Origin: Burkholderiales bacterium
GTDB taxonomy: Bacteria; Pseudomonadota; Gammaproteobacteria; Burkholderiales; JAEUOS01
Length of the DNA stretch: 40,148 nt
NCBI GenBank assembly: GCA_031362905.1
Contig: JANLTL010000540.1
Span: 1-40,148 of the forward strand
Direction: 5' to 3'
Under the pieces are notes generated by a model. It was not told where the DNA came from. It saw nothing but the letters and a program-made list of their open reading frames with translations, and ran no database searches. Shown one piece after another: positions 1 through 8,871 of the stretch. Each line of letters begins with the position of its first letter. The first letter of the stretch is position 1. The position numbers and the translations under genes were made by a program.

Positions 1-647
1 ATCCGATCCGTCAGCTCGATGACGTGAACGGTGAACAACGCCAGTTGATCAACTGGATCGCCGAGCTGACGTTCGACTCGACCAGCCTCCATGCACCCGA
101 AGACTGGAACCGCCTCGGCAAGCTCGAAGATTTCATGCCCGATTTCGAGAAATGGAACTTCGGCTGGATGCACGTCGGCAAGACGATCCGTGACGCGCAG
201 GCCGTCTACGAATATCCGATGAGCGATCGCAACCCGGCGCCGACCTGGGTGCAGGGGCGCTGCGTGCTGCTCGGTGATGCCGCCCACGCGATGTATCCAA
301 TCGGCTCGAATGGCGCGTCCCAGGCCATTCTCGATGCGCGCAAGCTGGCCTATGAGCTGGCGACACAATGCAGCATCGACATCGCGCTGGCCGCCTACGA
401 AGCCGAGCGCTTGCCCGCCACTGCCAAATTGCTAGAGTTGACCCGCGCCGAAGGGCCGGACGCGGTGATGCAACGGGTTGAAGAGCGCGCACCGGACGGA
501 TTTGACGATCTCGAAAAAGTGCTGCCGCTGGCCGAGCGTGAGGCAATTGCGGTGCGCTACAAGCAGGCCGCCGGGTTTGACATGCAAACGCTCAACAACA
601 AGCTCTCTCTCACGCCGGCAACGCGGGCGCGCTCCATTGATCCGTAG
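1..647 (+). CDS. FAD-dependent aromatic-ring monooxygenase, C-terminal part (the 5' end lies left of the window)
   Basis: Frame 3 is open from nt 3 to the TAG at 645-647. The motif GRCVLLGDAAHAMYPIGSNGASQAILDARKLA is the GDAAH FAD-contact signature of class A flavoprotein hydroxylases (salicylate / 3-hydroxybenzoate hydroxylase type). Confidence 0.7.
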   Translation, partial: PIRQLDDVNGEQRQLINWIAELTFDSTSLHAPEDWNRLGKLEDFMPDFEKWNFGWMHVGKTIRDAQAVYEYPMSDRNPAPTWVQGRCVLLGDAAHAMYPIGSNGASQAILDARKLAYELATQCSIDIALAAYEAERLPATAKLLELTRAEGPDAVMQRVEERAPDGFDDLEKVLPLAEREAIAVRYKQAAGFDMQTLNNKLSLTPATRARSIDP

Positions 648-875
648 CAATTACCCCGCTGATTCACGTTTTGGCCGCGTTCTACTCGAGGTACCATCGG
701 GCCAATACGCTTGCCGCTGCGACGAGATTGCAGCCCGTCCGGCCTGACATGACTGACTCCATACCTCACGGCGATACATACATTGGCGCGACCGGTCGAG
801 GCGGAGCGCCTGCGGCTGCACCGCGCCATTTCTGCCAGTTCGGTGATCTTCAGCGCCGGCTTAAGAGCGCTGGTC

Positions 876-1257
876 GCGATTCTCCTGGCGGACTCTGCGA
901 ACGGGTTGCACTTGCTGCTGTGGCTGGTCGCGCCAAGCGTGTCATGGAACAGCGCGGCTGGCGGGTCAGCGCCCATGTCATCAAGCGCGATGCGCTCGAC
1001 GCCTTGCGGGCCAATCCGGTTGGTTTGCCCTGTTGGTCACCGACTACAACATGCCCGGCATGTCCGGGCTTGACGTGGCGCGCGCCGCATACGCGATTCG
1101 GCTCAACTTGCCGGTCATGATCGCTTCGGGCTTCATTGATGATGAACAGCGCGCCCATGCTGCTGTTGCAGGCGTACGGGAACTGATTTTCAAAACCGAC
1201 GCGCTGGAAGACTTCTGCGGAGCGATACAGGCGCTGGTCGGACCAAAGCGCGCTTGA
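876..1257 (+). pseudogene. Response-regulator receiver (REC) domain gene remnant with two frameshifts
   Basis: One REC domain can be read only by switching frames. Frame 3 gives AILLADSANGLHLLLWLV, frame 2 gives AKRVMEQRGWRVSAHVIKRDALDALRANPVG, and frame 1 gives FALLVTDYNMPGMSGLDVARA...IASGFIDDEQRAHAAVAGVRELIFKTDALEDFCGAIQALV. The frame switches fall near nt 930 and nt 1022. The order of segments is collinear with the REC domain at the C-terminus of the 994-aa kinase downstream. Confidence 0.7.
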
Positions 1258-1394
1258 GCGATGCGAAATGGAAGACGCAGGAGGCGTCAGCCTATGTGGT
1301 CGCAACCCGAAGGTTTATAGTGGTGGCGTCGATACGATCGGAATGCGCTTGAACCAGTTCAGCTCGGCATTTCTGTAGCGGGCACATAGAGAAA

Positions 1395-4379
1395 ATGAGT
1401 GTTGCGTCCAGGCAAGCCATGATCGACATGAAAAAGGGTGCGAACCACAGCAGCGCCGTCGCGGCGCACGACCGCGACAACCCGATTTTCTGGGAACCCT
1501 CGCTCGCCTACGTCAAGATCGCCAGCGCGATCCTGTTCACCGGCGCACTGGTGTTCATGCTCGTCATCCGCATCACGGCGCCGGAGCAGACCACCCGCTA
1601 CTTCGGACCACTGCTCGCGATAGCGGTTTCTGTAGCCACCTTGTTCCTGCTCTGGCGCGGACGAATTCAGGCCGCTGTTTATGTGCTGACAGCGGGGACC
1701 TGGATCACGGTTACGGTAATCGCCGCCTTCGTGGGCGGGGTGCGGTCAGTGGTCGTCTATGCTTACCCGGTCAGCATTATCCTGATTGGATGGCTGGTCG
1801 GCACCCGCGCTGCATTGGTGATTGCTGGTCTCACGGTGGCTGCTCTCACCGGTTTTGTGCTGGCCGACGCATCCGGTGCATTGCCGCCGCTGCCGCGTAC
1901 GCCGGCGATCATGTTCGGCGTCGTACAGATACTCATCGTGACCCTTTCAACGGCGCTGATCGTGTATCTCGTGCGTGCCTACGGCAACCGGCATGCCGAG
2001 CTCAGCCAGATGGGCGATGCCCTCGCCTTGCGCACCGCCGAACTCGAGGCGCGCACCGTCGAATTGCACCGCGCCCAGGCCATCGCCAAAACGGGCAGCT
2101 GGGTGGCGGACTACGTTAACGGTACGACTCGCCTGTCGGCAGAAGCTTGCCGCATTTTTGGCGTGCCTGAAGGCACGCCAGGCAATCATGCCGCCTATCT
2201 TTCGCGCGTGCATTCGGCAGACCGGGCTCTGGCCGAACACACGCGCGAAACCGCCTTGAACACCGGTGCCGGACTGGAACCGCATGAAGTGCGCCTGCTG
2301 GTGCAGGGCGAAACGCGATGGATACGGCAGACCGCCGAGCACGAACTGGCGGCGGATGGCAAGCTGTTGCGCGCCGTCGGCACGGTCCAGGACATCACTG
2401 ATCGCAAGTTGGCCCAAGCTGCGCTGCACGAGAGCGAACAGCGCTACCGCACCCTGCTTGAATGGACGCCCGAGGCCGTCGCGGTCCACCGTGATGGCCT
2501 AGTGATCTATGTCAATCCAGCCGCCGTCACGATGATGGGTGCGACATCGTCACATGACCTGATCGGCAGGCCGATCATCCATAGCGTGCATCCGGACTAT
2601 CGTGACCTGGTGCTGGCACGCGTGAAGCAGGCCGGCACACAGGGCTTGGCGACGCCGCTGATTGAAGAGAAATTCATCAAGCTCGATGGCACCCCGATCG
2701 ATGTGGAGGTGCAGACGACGCCGATTATTTACGACGGCAAGGCAGCCATCCATGTCGCCATGCGCGACATCAGCGAGCGCAAACGTGCCGACGCGGCATT
2801 ACTGGAAGGCGAGAAGCGCTATCGCGATGCTGCCGAAGCAGCCGGAGGATATATCTGGGAGATGGGCCTTGACTTCCGGTATACCTTTGTGTCGGAACGT
2901 GCCGAAACGCTACTCGGTTTTGCTTCGGATGAATTGATTGGTCATAGGCCCGCCGAATTTATGCCGTCGGGCGAAGTCAACACTGTCAACGACTGGTTCG
3001 AAAACAACCCAATCGGGGACGGATCCATTCGCGGCCTTGAACACCGGATTGTCACGAAATCAGGTGCAATATTCTGGGCACAGGTTTCGAGAATTCCCCT
3101 CCTCGACAACATAGGTGCGATTGCCGGCTATCGCGGCACGACCTTTGACATTACCGCGCGCAAGCAGGCTGAGGCCGCGCATACCGAGCTTGAGTCGCAG
3201 CTGCGCGAATCGCAGAAAATGGAAGCCATCGGCACGCTCGCCGGCGGCATTGCGCACGACTTCAACAACATCATTGCCACCATTCTCGGTAATGCTGAGC
3301 TGGCGCGTCAGGATGCAGGCGCCAATGGGCCGGTGCTGGAGAGCCTGGAAGAAATTCGCAAATCGGGCAATCGGGCGCGTGACCTGGTGCAACAGATACT
3401 GTCATTCAGCCGTCGCGAACCCACCAGGCGCCGCTTGCTGGTATTGGCGCCGGTCATTGAAGAGTCAGTGCGACTGCTACGCGCCACGCTACCTGCGCGC
3501 ATCGCGCTTGAGATGCGCTGCGACGCTGACGTGCCGGCAGTGTTGGGGGACAATACCCAGATCGAGCAGGTGCTCATCAACCTGGCTACCAACGCCATGC
3601 AGGCGATGCGCGATGCCTCGGGGCACATCGACATACGGCTCGATACCGTGATGCTCGATAGATCGCTGGCGGAACAGCACCCGGCGCTGCAGGCCTTGTT
3701 GGCCCATCACCCTGGCCGTACCGTACGCCTAAGCGTCAACGACGATGGCCCCGGCATGGCCGCGGACACGCTGGCGAGAATTTTCGAACCGTTCTTCACC
3801 ACCAAACCCTTCGGCGAGGGAACCGGGCTCGGCTTGTCCGTGGTGCACGGCATTGTGCGAGCGCACGAAGGCGCGATCGTGGTCGAAAGTGCCGTTGGCC
3901 AGGGAACCACGTTCACGCTGTTTCTGCCGCCGGCGACCGCGCCGTCTGGCGCACCGGCAAACGATCAAGATGCTGCACCTGCCAGCAGCGCAGCGCCGAT
4001 CGGCGCAGGCCGCCAGATTCTCTATCTTGATGACGATGCCGCACTGGTATTCCTGGTCAAGCGCCTGCTCGAACGGCACGGCATTCGCGTCAGCGCCCAC
4101 ACCAACCAGCAGGCGGCGCTCAAGGCGCTGCGCGCCGATCCGGCCGCCTTTGACCTGGTGCTGACCGACTACAACATGCCCGAGATGTCGGGACTGGATG
4201 TCGCGCGCGAAGTGCAACTGATCCGCGCCACGCTGCCGGTGGTCGTGGCCACCGGTTTCATCGACGAGCGTCTGCGCGCACAAGCGGTAGGTGCGGGCGT
4301 TCGCGAGGTGATTCTCAAGGCCAGCGCGGTCGAGGATTTTTGCCGCACCATCGAGGCGCTGCTCCCGACGACTGGTTGA
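1395..4379 (+). CDS. Hybrid sensor histidine kinase (multi-TM N-terminus, three PAS domains, HisKA, HATPase_c, C-terminal REC)
   Basis: 994-aa ORF. About six hydrophobic helices lie in roughly the first 200 aa. Three PAS-like blocks each end in DITDRK / DISERK / DITARK. The H-box is GGIAHDFNNII. The ATPase N/G boxes are INLATNAMQAM, NDDGPGM and GTGLGLS. The REC domain has ILYLDDD and LVLTDYNMP. The exact start is ambiguous (ATG 1395 or the downstream ATGs at 1422/1431). Confidence 0.9.
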   Translation: MSVASRQAMIDMKKGANHSSAVAAHDRDNPIFWEPSLAYVKIASAILFTGALVFMLVIRITAPEQTTRYFGPLLAIAVSVATLFLLWRGRIQAAVYVLTAGTWITVTVIAAFVGGVRSVVVYAYPVSIILIGWLVGTRAALVIAGLTVAALTGFVLADASGALPPLPRTPAIMFGVVQILIVTLSTALIVYLVRAYGNRHAELSQMGDALALRTAELEARTVELHRAQAIAKTGSWVADYVNGTTRLSAEACRIFGVPEGTPGNHAAYLSRVHSADRALAEHTRETALNTGAGLEPHEVRLLVQGETRWIRQTAEHELAADGKLLRAVGTVQDITDRKLAQAALHESEQRYRTLLEWTPEAVAVHRDGLVIYVNPAAVTMMGATSSHDLIGRPIIHSVHPDYRDLVLARVKQAGTQGLATPLIEEKFIKLDGTPIDVEVQTTPIIYDGKAAIHVAMRDISERKRADAALLEGEKRYRDAAEAAGGYIWEMGLDFRYTFVSERAETLLGFASDELIGHRPAEFMPSGEVNTVNDWFENNPIGDGSIRGLEHRIVTKSGAIFWAQVSRIPLLDNIGAIAGYRGTTFDITARKQAEAAHTELESQLRESQKMEAIGTLAGGIAHDFNNIIATILGNAELARQDAGANGPVLESLEEIRKSGNRARDLVQQILSFSRREPTRRRLLVLAPVIEESVRLLRATLPARIALEMRCDADVPAVLGDNTQIEQVLINLATNAMQAMRDASGHIDIRLDTVMLDRSLAEQHPALQALLAHHPGRTVRLSVNDDGPGMAADTLARIFEPFFTTKPFGEGTGLGLSVVHGIVRAHEGAIVVESAVGQGTTFTLFLPPATAPSGAPANDQDAAPASSAAPIGAGRQILYLDDDAALVFLVKRLLERHGIRVSAHTNQQAALKALRADPAAFDLVLTDYNMPEMSGLDVAREVQLIRATLPVVVATGFIDERLRAQAVGAGVREVILKASAVEDFCRTIEALLPTTG

Positions 4380-4384
4380 CCGCA

Positions 4385-4407
4385 GTGGCGGCGCTCAGCG
4401 CCGCCAC
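4385..4407. terminator. GC-rich hairpin between convergent genes (terminator-like, no clear U-tract)
   Basis: GTGGCGGCGC-tca-GCGCCGCCAC is a perfect 10-bp stem with a 3-nt loop. It lies in the 89-nt gap between the kinase stop (4379) and the ttcA stop (4469). Neither strand has a T-run after it. Confidence 0.4.
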
Positions 4408-4468
4408 ATCCAGGTGCTTCGCCGGGCTTCGCCACGGCCCGATCACGTCGACTGGACGCGAGGCTGCG

Positions 4469-5395
4469 TCACTGCGCCGTCGGAGACCAACGCAGCGCGG
4501 CGGGCGCGCAGCAGGGCTCTTCATCGAAGGCAATGTCGCCGGCCGCATCCGGTGCGCCACTGGCAACGAGGTCGCGAAATCCAAACAGTTGCGCATCCAT
4601 CAGGTGCGACGGCTTGACGCTGGCGAGACTGGACGCAATCGATTCGATGCGTCCGGGAAAGCGCTTCTCCCAGTCGGCCAGCATGTGCTTGATCTCGCGC
4701 CGCTGCAATGTCTCCTGCGCGCCGCACAGGTTGCACGGAATGATCGGAAACGCGCGCACGGCGGCAAAACGTTCGAGATCGGCTTCCTTGACATAGGCGA
4801 GCGGGCGGATCACCACATGCTTGCCGTCGTCGGACACCAGCTTGGGCGGCATTGATTTGAGCTGACCGTTGAAAAACATGTTGAGGAACAACGTCTCGAG
4901 GATGTCACCGCGATGGTGCCCGAGTGCAATCTTGGTGGCACCGAGTTCGTCGGCGACGCGATACAGGATGCCGCGGCGCAGGCGCGAACACAGGCCGCAG
5001 GTGGTCTTGCCCTCGGGGATGACGCGCTTGACGATCGAGTAAGTATCCTGCTCTTCAATATGGAACTTGACGCCGCGCCGGGTCAGGTAGTCGGGCAGCA
5101 CGTGCTCGGGAAAACCCGGCTGCTTCTGGTCGAGATTGACGGCGATGATGTCAAAGTCGATTGGCGCGCGCTGGCGCAGCAACAGCAGGATGTCGAGCAG
5201 GCCGTAACTGTCCTTGCCGCCCGACAGGCACACCATGACGCGGTCGCCGGGGACGATCATGTTGAAATCGCCGATGGCGCGCCCGACTTCGCGGCAGAGA
5301 CGCTTCTCCAGCTTGTTGTCGCTGTAGGCGCGCTTCTGGTCGCGCTGGGTGAGCGGAATCATGGCAACCGTGGTCATCGTCATTTCCGTCTTCAC
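4469..5395 (-). CDS. ttcA: tRNA 2-thiocytidine(32) synthetase TtcA
   Basis: PP-loop motif [17 protein letters not shown]. Cys motifs [12 protein letters not shown] and IIPCNLCG. The protein is collinear with my recollection of E. coli TtcA ([41 protein letters not shown]). The GTG at 5395 overlaps the upstream stop; internal ATGs a few codons downstream are alternative starts. Confidence 0.9.
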   Translation of the reverse strand: MKTEMTMTTVAMIPLTQRDQKRAYSDNKLEKRLCREVGRAIGDFNMIVPGDRVMVCLSGGKDSYGLLDILLLLRQRAPIDFDIIAVNLDQKQPGFPEHVLPDYLTRRGVKFHIEEQDTYSIVKRVIPEGKTTCGLCSRLRRGILYRVADELGATKIALGHHRGDILETLFLNMFFNGQLKSMPPKLVSDDGKHVVIRPLAYVKEADLERFAAVRAFPIIPCNLCGAQETLQRREIKHMLADWEKRFPGRIESIASSLASVKPSHLMDAQLFGFRDLVASGAPDAAGDIAFDEEPCCAPAALRWSPTAQ

Positions 5396-6150
5396 AGGTA
5401 AATCGAACGCCCGCCATCGACCGCAAGAATCTGGCCGCTGACATAGCTCGTGCCGGCGAGCAAATAGGCGACGGCCCCGGCAATTTCCGCATTGCCGCCC
5501 TCACGCCCGAGCGGAGTGGTGGAGAGGATGCGCGCGCGCTCGGCGGCGGGAAACTGTCCGCCATTGGTGGCGTCGTCGGGCCAATTGATCGCACCGGGCG
5601 AGACGCCATTGACACGCACCTCGGGCGCCAGTTCCAGCGCGAGCGAACGCGTGAGACCGGCCAGACCGGCTTTGGCAATCGAATAGGCCACGTAATCTTT
5701 GAGCGGCCGTTCGGCGTGAATGTCGATGATGTTGACGATCGCACCGCACGTTTTCTTCAATTCGGGCGCAGCAGCCTTGGCGAGAAACAGCGGCGCCTTC
5801 AGATTGCTCGCCAACAGTTCATCCCATTGCGCCGGCGTGATGGAGTCAAGCGGGGTGGGGAAAAAACCGGAAGCATTGTTGACCAGGCCATCGAGGCGAC
5901 CAAAGGCCGCAACAGCCGCTCCCACCAAGCCTTGCAGGCCATCGACCGCGGACAAGTCCAATCCATGCGCCTGTGCGGAGCGCGGCCGCTTGGCATTGAG
6001 CTCATCCGCCAGCGCCTCCGCTTCGCTGTGCGCGCTGCGATAGTGAATCAGCACGTTGCCACCATCGGCATGCAAACGCCGCACAATGGCCGCGCCGACG
6101 CGACGCGCGGCGCCGGTGACAAGATAGACCTTGGGTGACGGGATGATCAT
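5392..6150 (-). CDS. Short-chain dehydrogenase of the pteridine reductase / FolM-like type
   Basis: I trimmed the 640-aa ORF to the ATG at 6150 ([23 protein letters not shown]..., 252 aa). Rossmann motif TGAARRVG, catalytic YSIAKAGL, and [14 protein letters not shown] with the [11 protein letters not shown] tail resemble PTR1/FolM reductases. The part of the ORF upstream of 6150 is antisense to the MidA-like gene. Confidence 0.75.
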   Translation of the reverse strand: MIIPSPKVYLVTGAARRVGAAIVRRLHADGGNVLIHYRSAHSEAEALADELNAKRPRSAQAHGLDLSAVDGLQGLVGAAVAAFGRLDGLVNNASGFFPTPLDSITPAQWDELLASNLKAPLFLAKAAAPELKKTCGAIVNIIDIHAERPLKDYVAYSIAKAGLAGLTRSLALELAPEVRVNGVSPGAINWPDDATNGGQFPAAERARILSTTPLGREGGNAEIAGAVAYLLAGTSYVSGQILAVDGGRSIYL

Positions 6151-6255
6151 GGATGAACGCAATCGGAGTCGAGCGGCAGCTGCGCCAGGCCTGCCAGCGG
6201 CGCTACACGCTGTGACGGTGCCGCTACACACTGCCGGTAAGATGCCGATTTTACA

Positions 6256-7464
6256 GTGACGATCCGCACGCCCTTGCGTCAATCCGCCCATTTGCCGGCA
6301 CCCGATGCCCACGCCAGCGCCGCGAGCGCAGCCCTGAGCGCACGCGTGCGCGCTGAAATCCTTGTCGCGGGCGGGTCGATTTCGTTCGTGCGCTACATGG
6401 AGCTCGTGCTCTACACACCACAATTGGGTTATTACAGCGGCGGGGCGGCAAAGTTTGGCGCCGCGGGCGACTTTGTCACCGCGCCGGAGCTCTCTGCGCT
6501 GTTTGGACGTACCCTCGCGCGCCAGGTGGCCGACGTGATGGCAGCAGGCAGTGCCGAGATACTTGAATTTGGTGCCGGCGGCGGTGCACTCGCTGCAGTC
6601 CTGTTGAACGAACTCGAACAGATCGGCGCGCCCTGCCGGCGCTATCGCATCATCGAAGTCTCCGGTAGCCTGCGCGCGCAGCAGGAGGCGACGCTGCAAG
6701 CGCAAGTGCCGCATCTGGCGCACTGCGTCGAGTGGCTCGATGCATTGCCGGCTGCGATCAATGGCTGCGTGATCGCCAACGAGGTGCTTGACGCGATGCC
6801 GGCGCATTGGGTTACCTGGCGCGATGGCGCGCTGCTGGAGCGCTGCGTGGCCTGCGACACCAGCGACGCCAGCGGTTTCATCGTCACGGAACGGGCAGCG
6901 ACCGGCGCGCTGCGCGCAGCGATGACGGCGCTGGCAAGTACGCACAACCTGGCCGACGGCTACACCAGCGAAATCAATCTGGCGGCAAACGCCTGGATCA
7001 ACACCCTCGCACCGCATCTGCAGCAGGCCATGGTGCTTTTGGTCGACTACGGCTTCCCGGCGCACGAGTTTTATCACCCGCAGCGCAATGGCGGCACCCT
7101 GCGCGCGCACTACCGGCATCATGCGCTCGATGACCCGTTCTACCTGCCGGGATTGTGCGATCTCACCACCCACGTTGATTTCAGCACCGTCGCCCTCACG
7201 GCACAGCAAGCGGGCCTCGATGTGGATGGCTACACCAACCAAGCGCAGTTCCTCATCAACTGCGGTATTACCGAACTGCTGGCACAGAGCGATCCGCAAG
7301 ACGCCAGACGCCACGGCGCGCTCACGCAGCAGGCTAACGCATTGCTCTCACCCGCCGAGATGGGCGAGTTGTTCAAGGTGTTGGCGCTGTCACGCGGCCT
7401 GTCGCGCCAGACAGCAGCGGGTTGGCGCGGATTTGCCAGCGGCAATCGCGTACAAACGCTCTGA
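6256..7464 (+). CDS. Class I SAM-dependent methyltransferase, MidA/NDUFAF7 family (DUF185)
   Basis: 402-aa ORF with a GTG start. It carries FVRYMELVLYTPQLGYYSGG...KFGAAGDFVTAPELSALFG and the EFGAGGGALA SAM-binding loop typical of this family. Confidence 0.8.
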   Translation: MTIRTPLRQSAHLPAPDAHASAASAALSARVRAEILVAGGSISFVRYMELVLYTPQLGYYSGGAAKFGAAGDFVTAPELSALFGRTLARQVADVMAAGSAEILEFGAGGGALAAVLLNELEQIGAPCRRYRIIEVSGSLRAQQEATLQAQVPHLAHCVEWLDALPAAINGCVIANEVLDAMPAHWVTWRDGALLERCVACDTSDASGFIVTERAATGALRAAMTALASTHNLADGYTSEINLAANAWINTLAPHLQQAMVLLVDYGFPAHEFYHPQRNGGTLRAHYRHHALDDPFYLPGLCDLTTHVDFSTVALTAQQAGLDVDGYTNQAQFLINCGITELLAQSDPQDARRHGALTQQANALLSPAEMGELFKVLALSRGLSRQTAAGWRGFASGNRVQTL

Positions 7465-7470
7465 CGCAAC

Positions 7471-8175
7471 GTGCTCGTCCCCGTGAACACAGCAGCGCGC
7501 ACCCCGACCCGTATTGCCTTGTTTGCGATTGCCGGTGCGCTCGCCTTGACGCTGGTGCCGGCACAGGCGGGCGACGCCGACGCGCTCGTCAATGCTTCGC
7601 GCACACGCTGGGAGCAAAGCCCGCATGGCGAGATGTTGCGCCGGATCATTCCCCCGGTGATCAGCCCGGCGCAATTGCCGGAACCGAAATCGCGGGGCGC
7701 GCGCCTGACCGCGCAATATTGCGTGCAGTGTCACAACCTCGCACCTCCCGCCATGCATCATGCCGCCAAGTGGCCAGCCATCGTGCAACGCATGACCCCG
7801 CGCATGGAAGGCCGTGGCAACATGGGCGTGATGATGAAGGAGCTGATGGCCGATGTGCGCGCGCCAGACCCGGAGCAAACGCGCGTCATCACCGCCTACC
7901 TGCAAAAGCATGCGCAAAAGTTCGTAGAGCAAGCGGCGCTCCCCGAAGCCGGCAAGACGCGTGCCTGGACGAGTTATGTGCAGGCCTGCGCGCAATGCCA
8001 CATTGCGCCCGACCCGAAGCGCCATCGCGCGGCGGACTGGCCACGTGTGGTGACGAGAATGGAACAGCACATGACCTGGATGAATCGCGTCGTCGGATCA
8101 CGCAGCAACCCGGTGGAGCCGCAATACCGCAGCGAGGAAATCAACGCCTATCTGCAGCGCTACGCGCGCAAGTGA
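7471..8175 (+). CDS. Secreted diheme cytochrome c (internally duplicated)
   Basis: Signal peptide TRIALFAIAGALALTLVPAQA. Two CxxCH sites (CVQCH, CAQCH). Each site is followed by the same module: H-x-AA-x-WP-x-(I/V)V-x-RM ... I-x-AYLQ-x-(H/Y)A-x-K. The start could be the GTG at 7471 or the GTG at 7483. Confidence 0.75.
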   Translation: MLVPVNTAARTPTRIALFAIAGALALTLVPAQAGDADALVNASRTRWEQSPHGEMLRRIIPPVISPAQLPEPKSRGARLTAQYCVQCHNLAPPAMHHAAKWPAIVQRMTPRMEGRGNMGVMMKELMADVRAPDPEQTRVITAYLQKHAQKFVEQAALPEAGKTRAWTSYVQACAQCHIAPDPKRHRAADWPRVVTRMEQHMTWMNRVVGSRSNPVEPQYRSEEINAYLQRYARK

Positions 8176-8196
8176 TGAGCGCCTCGCGATGGCGCG

Positions 8197-8826
8197 CTAG
8201 ACCTTCGGTGCCGGCACGTTCATGCCGCGCCCCACTGCCGGCCGCTTGCTGATGGTGTCGAACCAGCGCTTGACGTTCGGGAACGCGTTCAGGTCCACCT
8301 GATGCCACTCGTGGCGCGACACCCACGGGAAGGTGGCGATGTCGGCCACGGTGTATTCGCCGGCCGCAAGATAAGGCGTAGCGGCCAGATGCTTGTCCAT
8401 CACGCCATACAGGCGGCGCGTTTCGTTGTGGTAACGCTTGATGCCGTATTCGATCTTCTCGGGCGCAGCGCGCATGAAATGGTGGGTCTGGCCGAACATC
8501 GGCCCCACCCCGCCCATCTGGAACATCAACCACTGCAGCGCATCGTATTTGCCGCGCACCGAGGCGGGCAGAAACTTGCCGGTCTTGCCGGCGAGATAAA
8601 TCAGGATCGCACCCGACTCCATCAGGTTGATCGGTTTGCCGTCCGGTCCATCCGGATCCGTGATCGCGGGAATCTTGCCGTTCGGGTTGAGCGCCAAGAA
8701 CTCCGGGGTGAACTGGCCGTTCTTGCCGATGTTGATCTCGTGGGTGCGGTAGCGCAGCGCGCACTCCTCGAGCATGATGGAAACCTTGCGGCCATTGGGG
8801 GTGCCCCATGTGTACAGATCAATCAC
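8197..8826 (-). CDS. Nu-class glutathione S-transferase (YfcG-like disulfide reductase)
   Basis: MIDLYTWGTPNGRKVSIMLEE...GQFTPEFLALNPNGKIPAI...ESGAILIYLAGKTGKF...LQWLMFQMGGVGPMFGQTHHF is collinear with my recollection of E. coli YfcG. Confidence 0.85.
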   Translation of the reverse strand: MIDLYTWGTPNGRKVSIMLEECALRYRTHEINIGKNGQFTPEFLALNPNGKIPAITDPDGPDGKPINLMESGAILIYLAGKTGKFLPASVRGKYDALQWLMFQMGGVGPMFGQTHHFMRAAPEKIEYGIKRYHNETRRLYGVMDKHLAATPYLAAGEYTVADIATFPWVSRHEWHQVDLNAFPNVKRWFDTISKRPAVGRGMNVPAPKV

Positions 8827-8871
8827 GACGGACTCCTGGTCAAGTGGAAAACGAAACGGGCGCTTACGCTA

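Noticed and set aside
648-875. Possible further remnants of a histidine-kinase catalytic domain upstream of the REC pseudogene
   Set aside because: None of the three plus-strand frames shows N, G1 or G2 box-like motifs or similarity to the HATPase region of the neighbouring kinase. The region is treated as non-coding or too decayed to call.
6151-7314. N-terminal 388 aa of the 640-aa minus-strand ORF (5392-7314)
   Set aside because: The SDR Rossmann motif begins right after the ATG at 6150. The upstream part is antisense to the well-supported MidA-like methyltransferase gene and has no domain signature.
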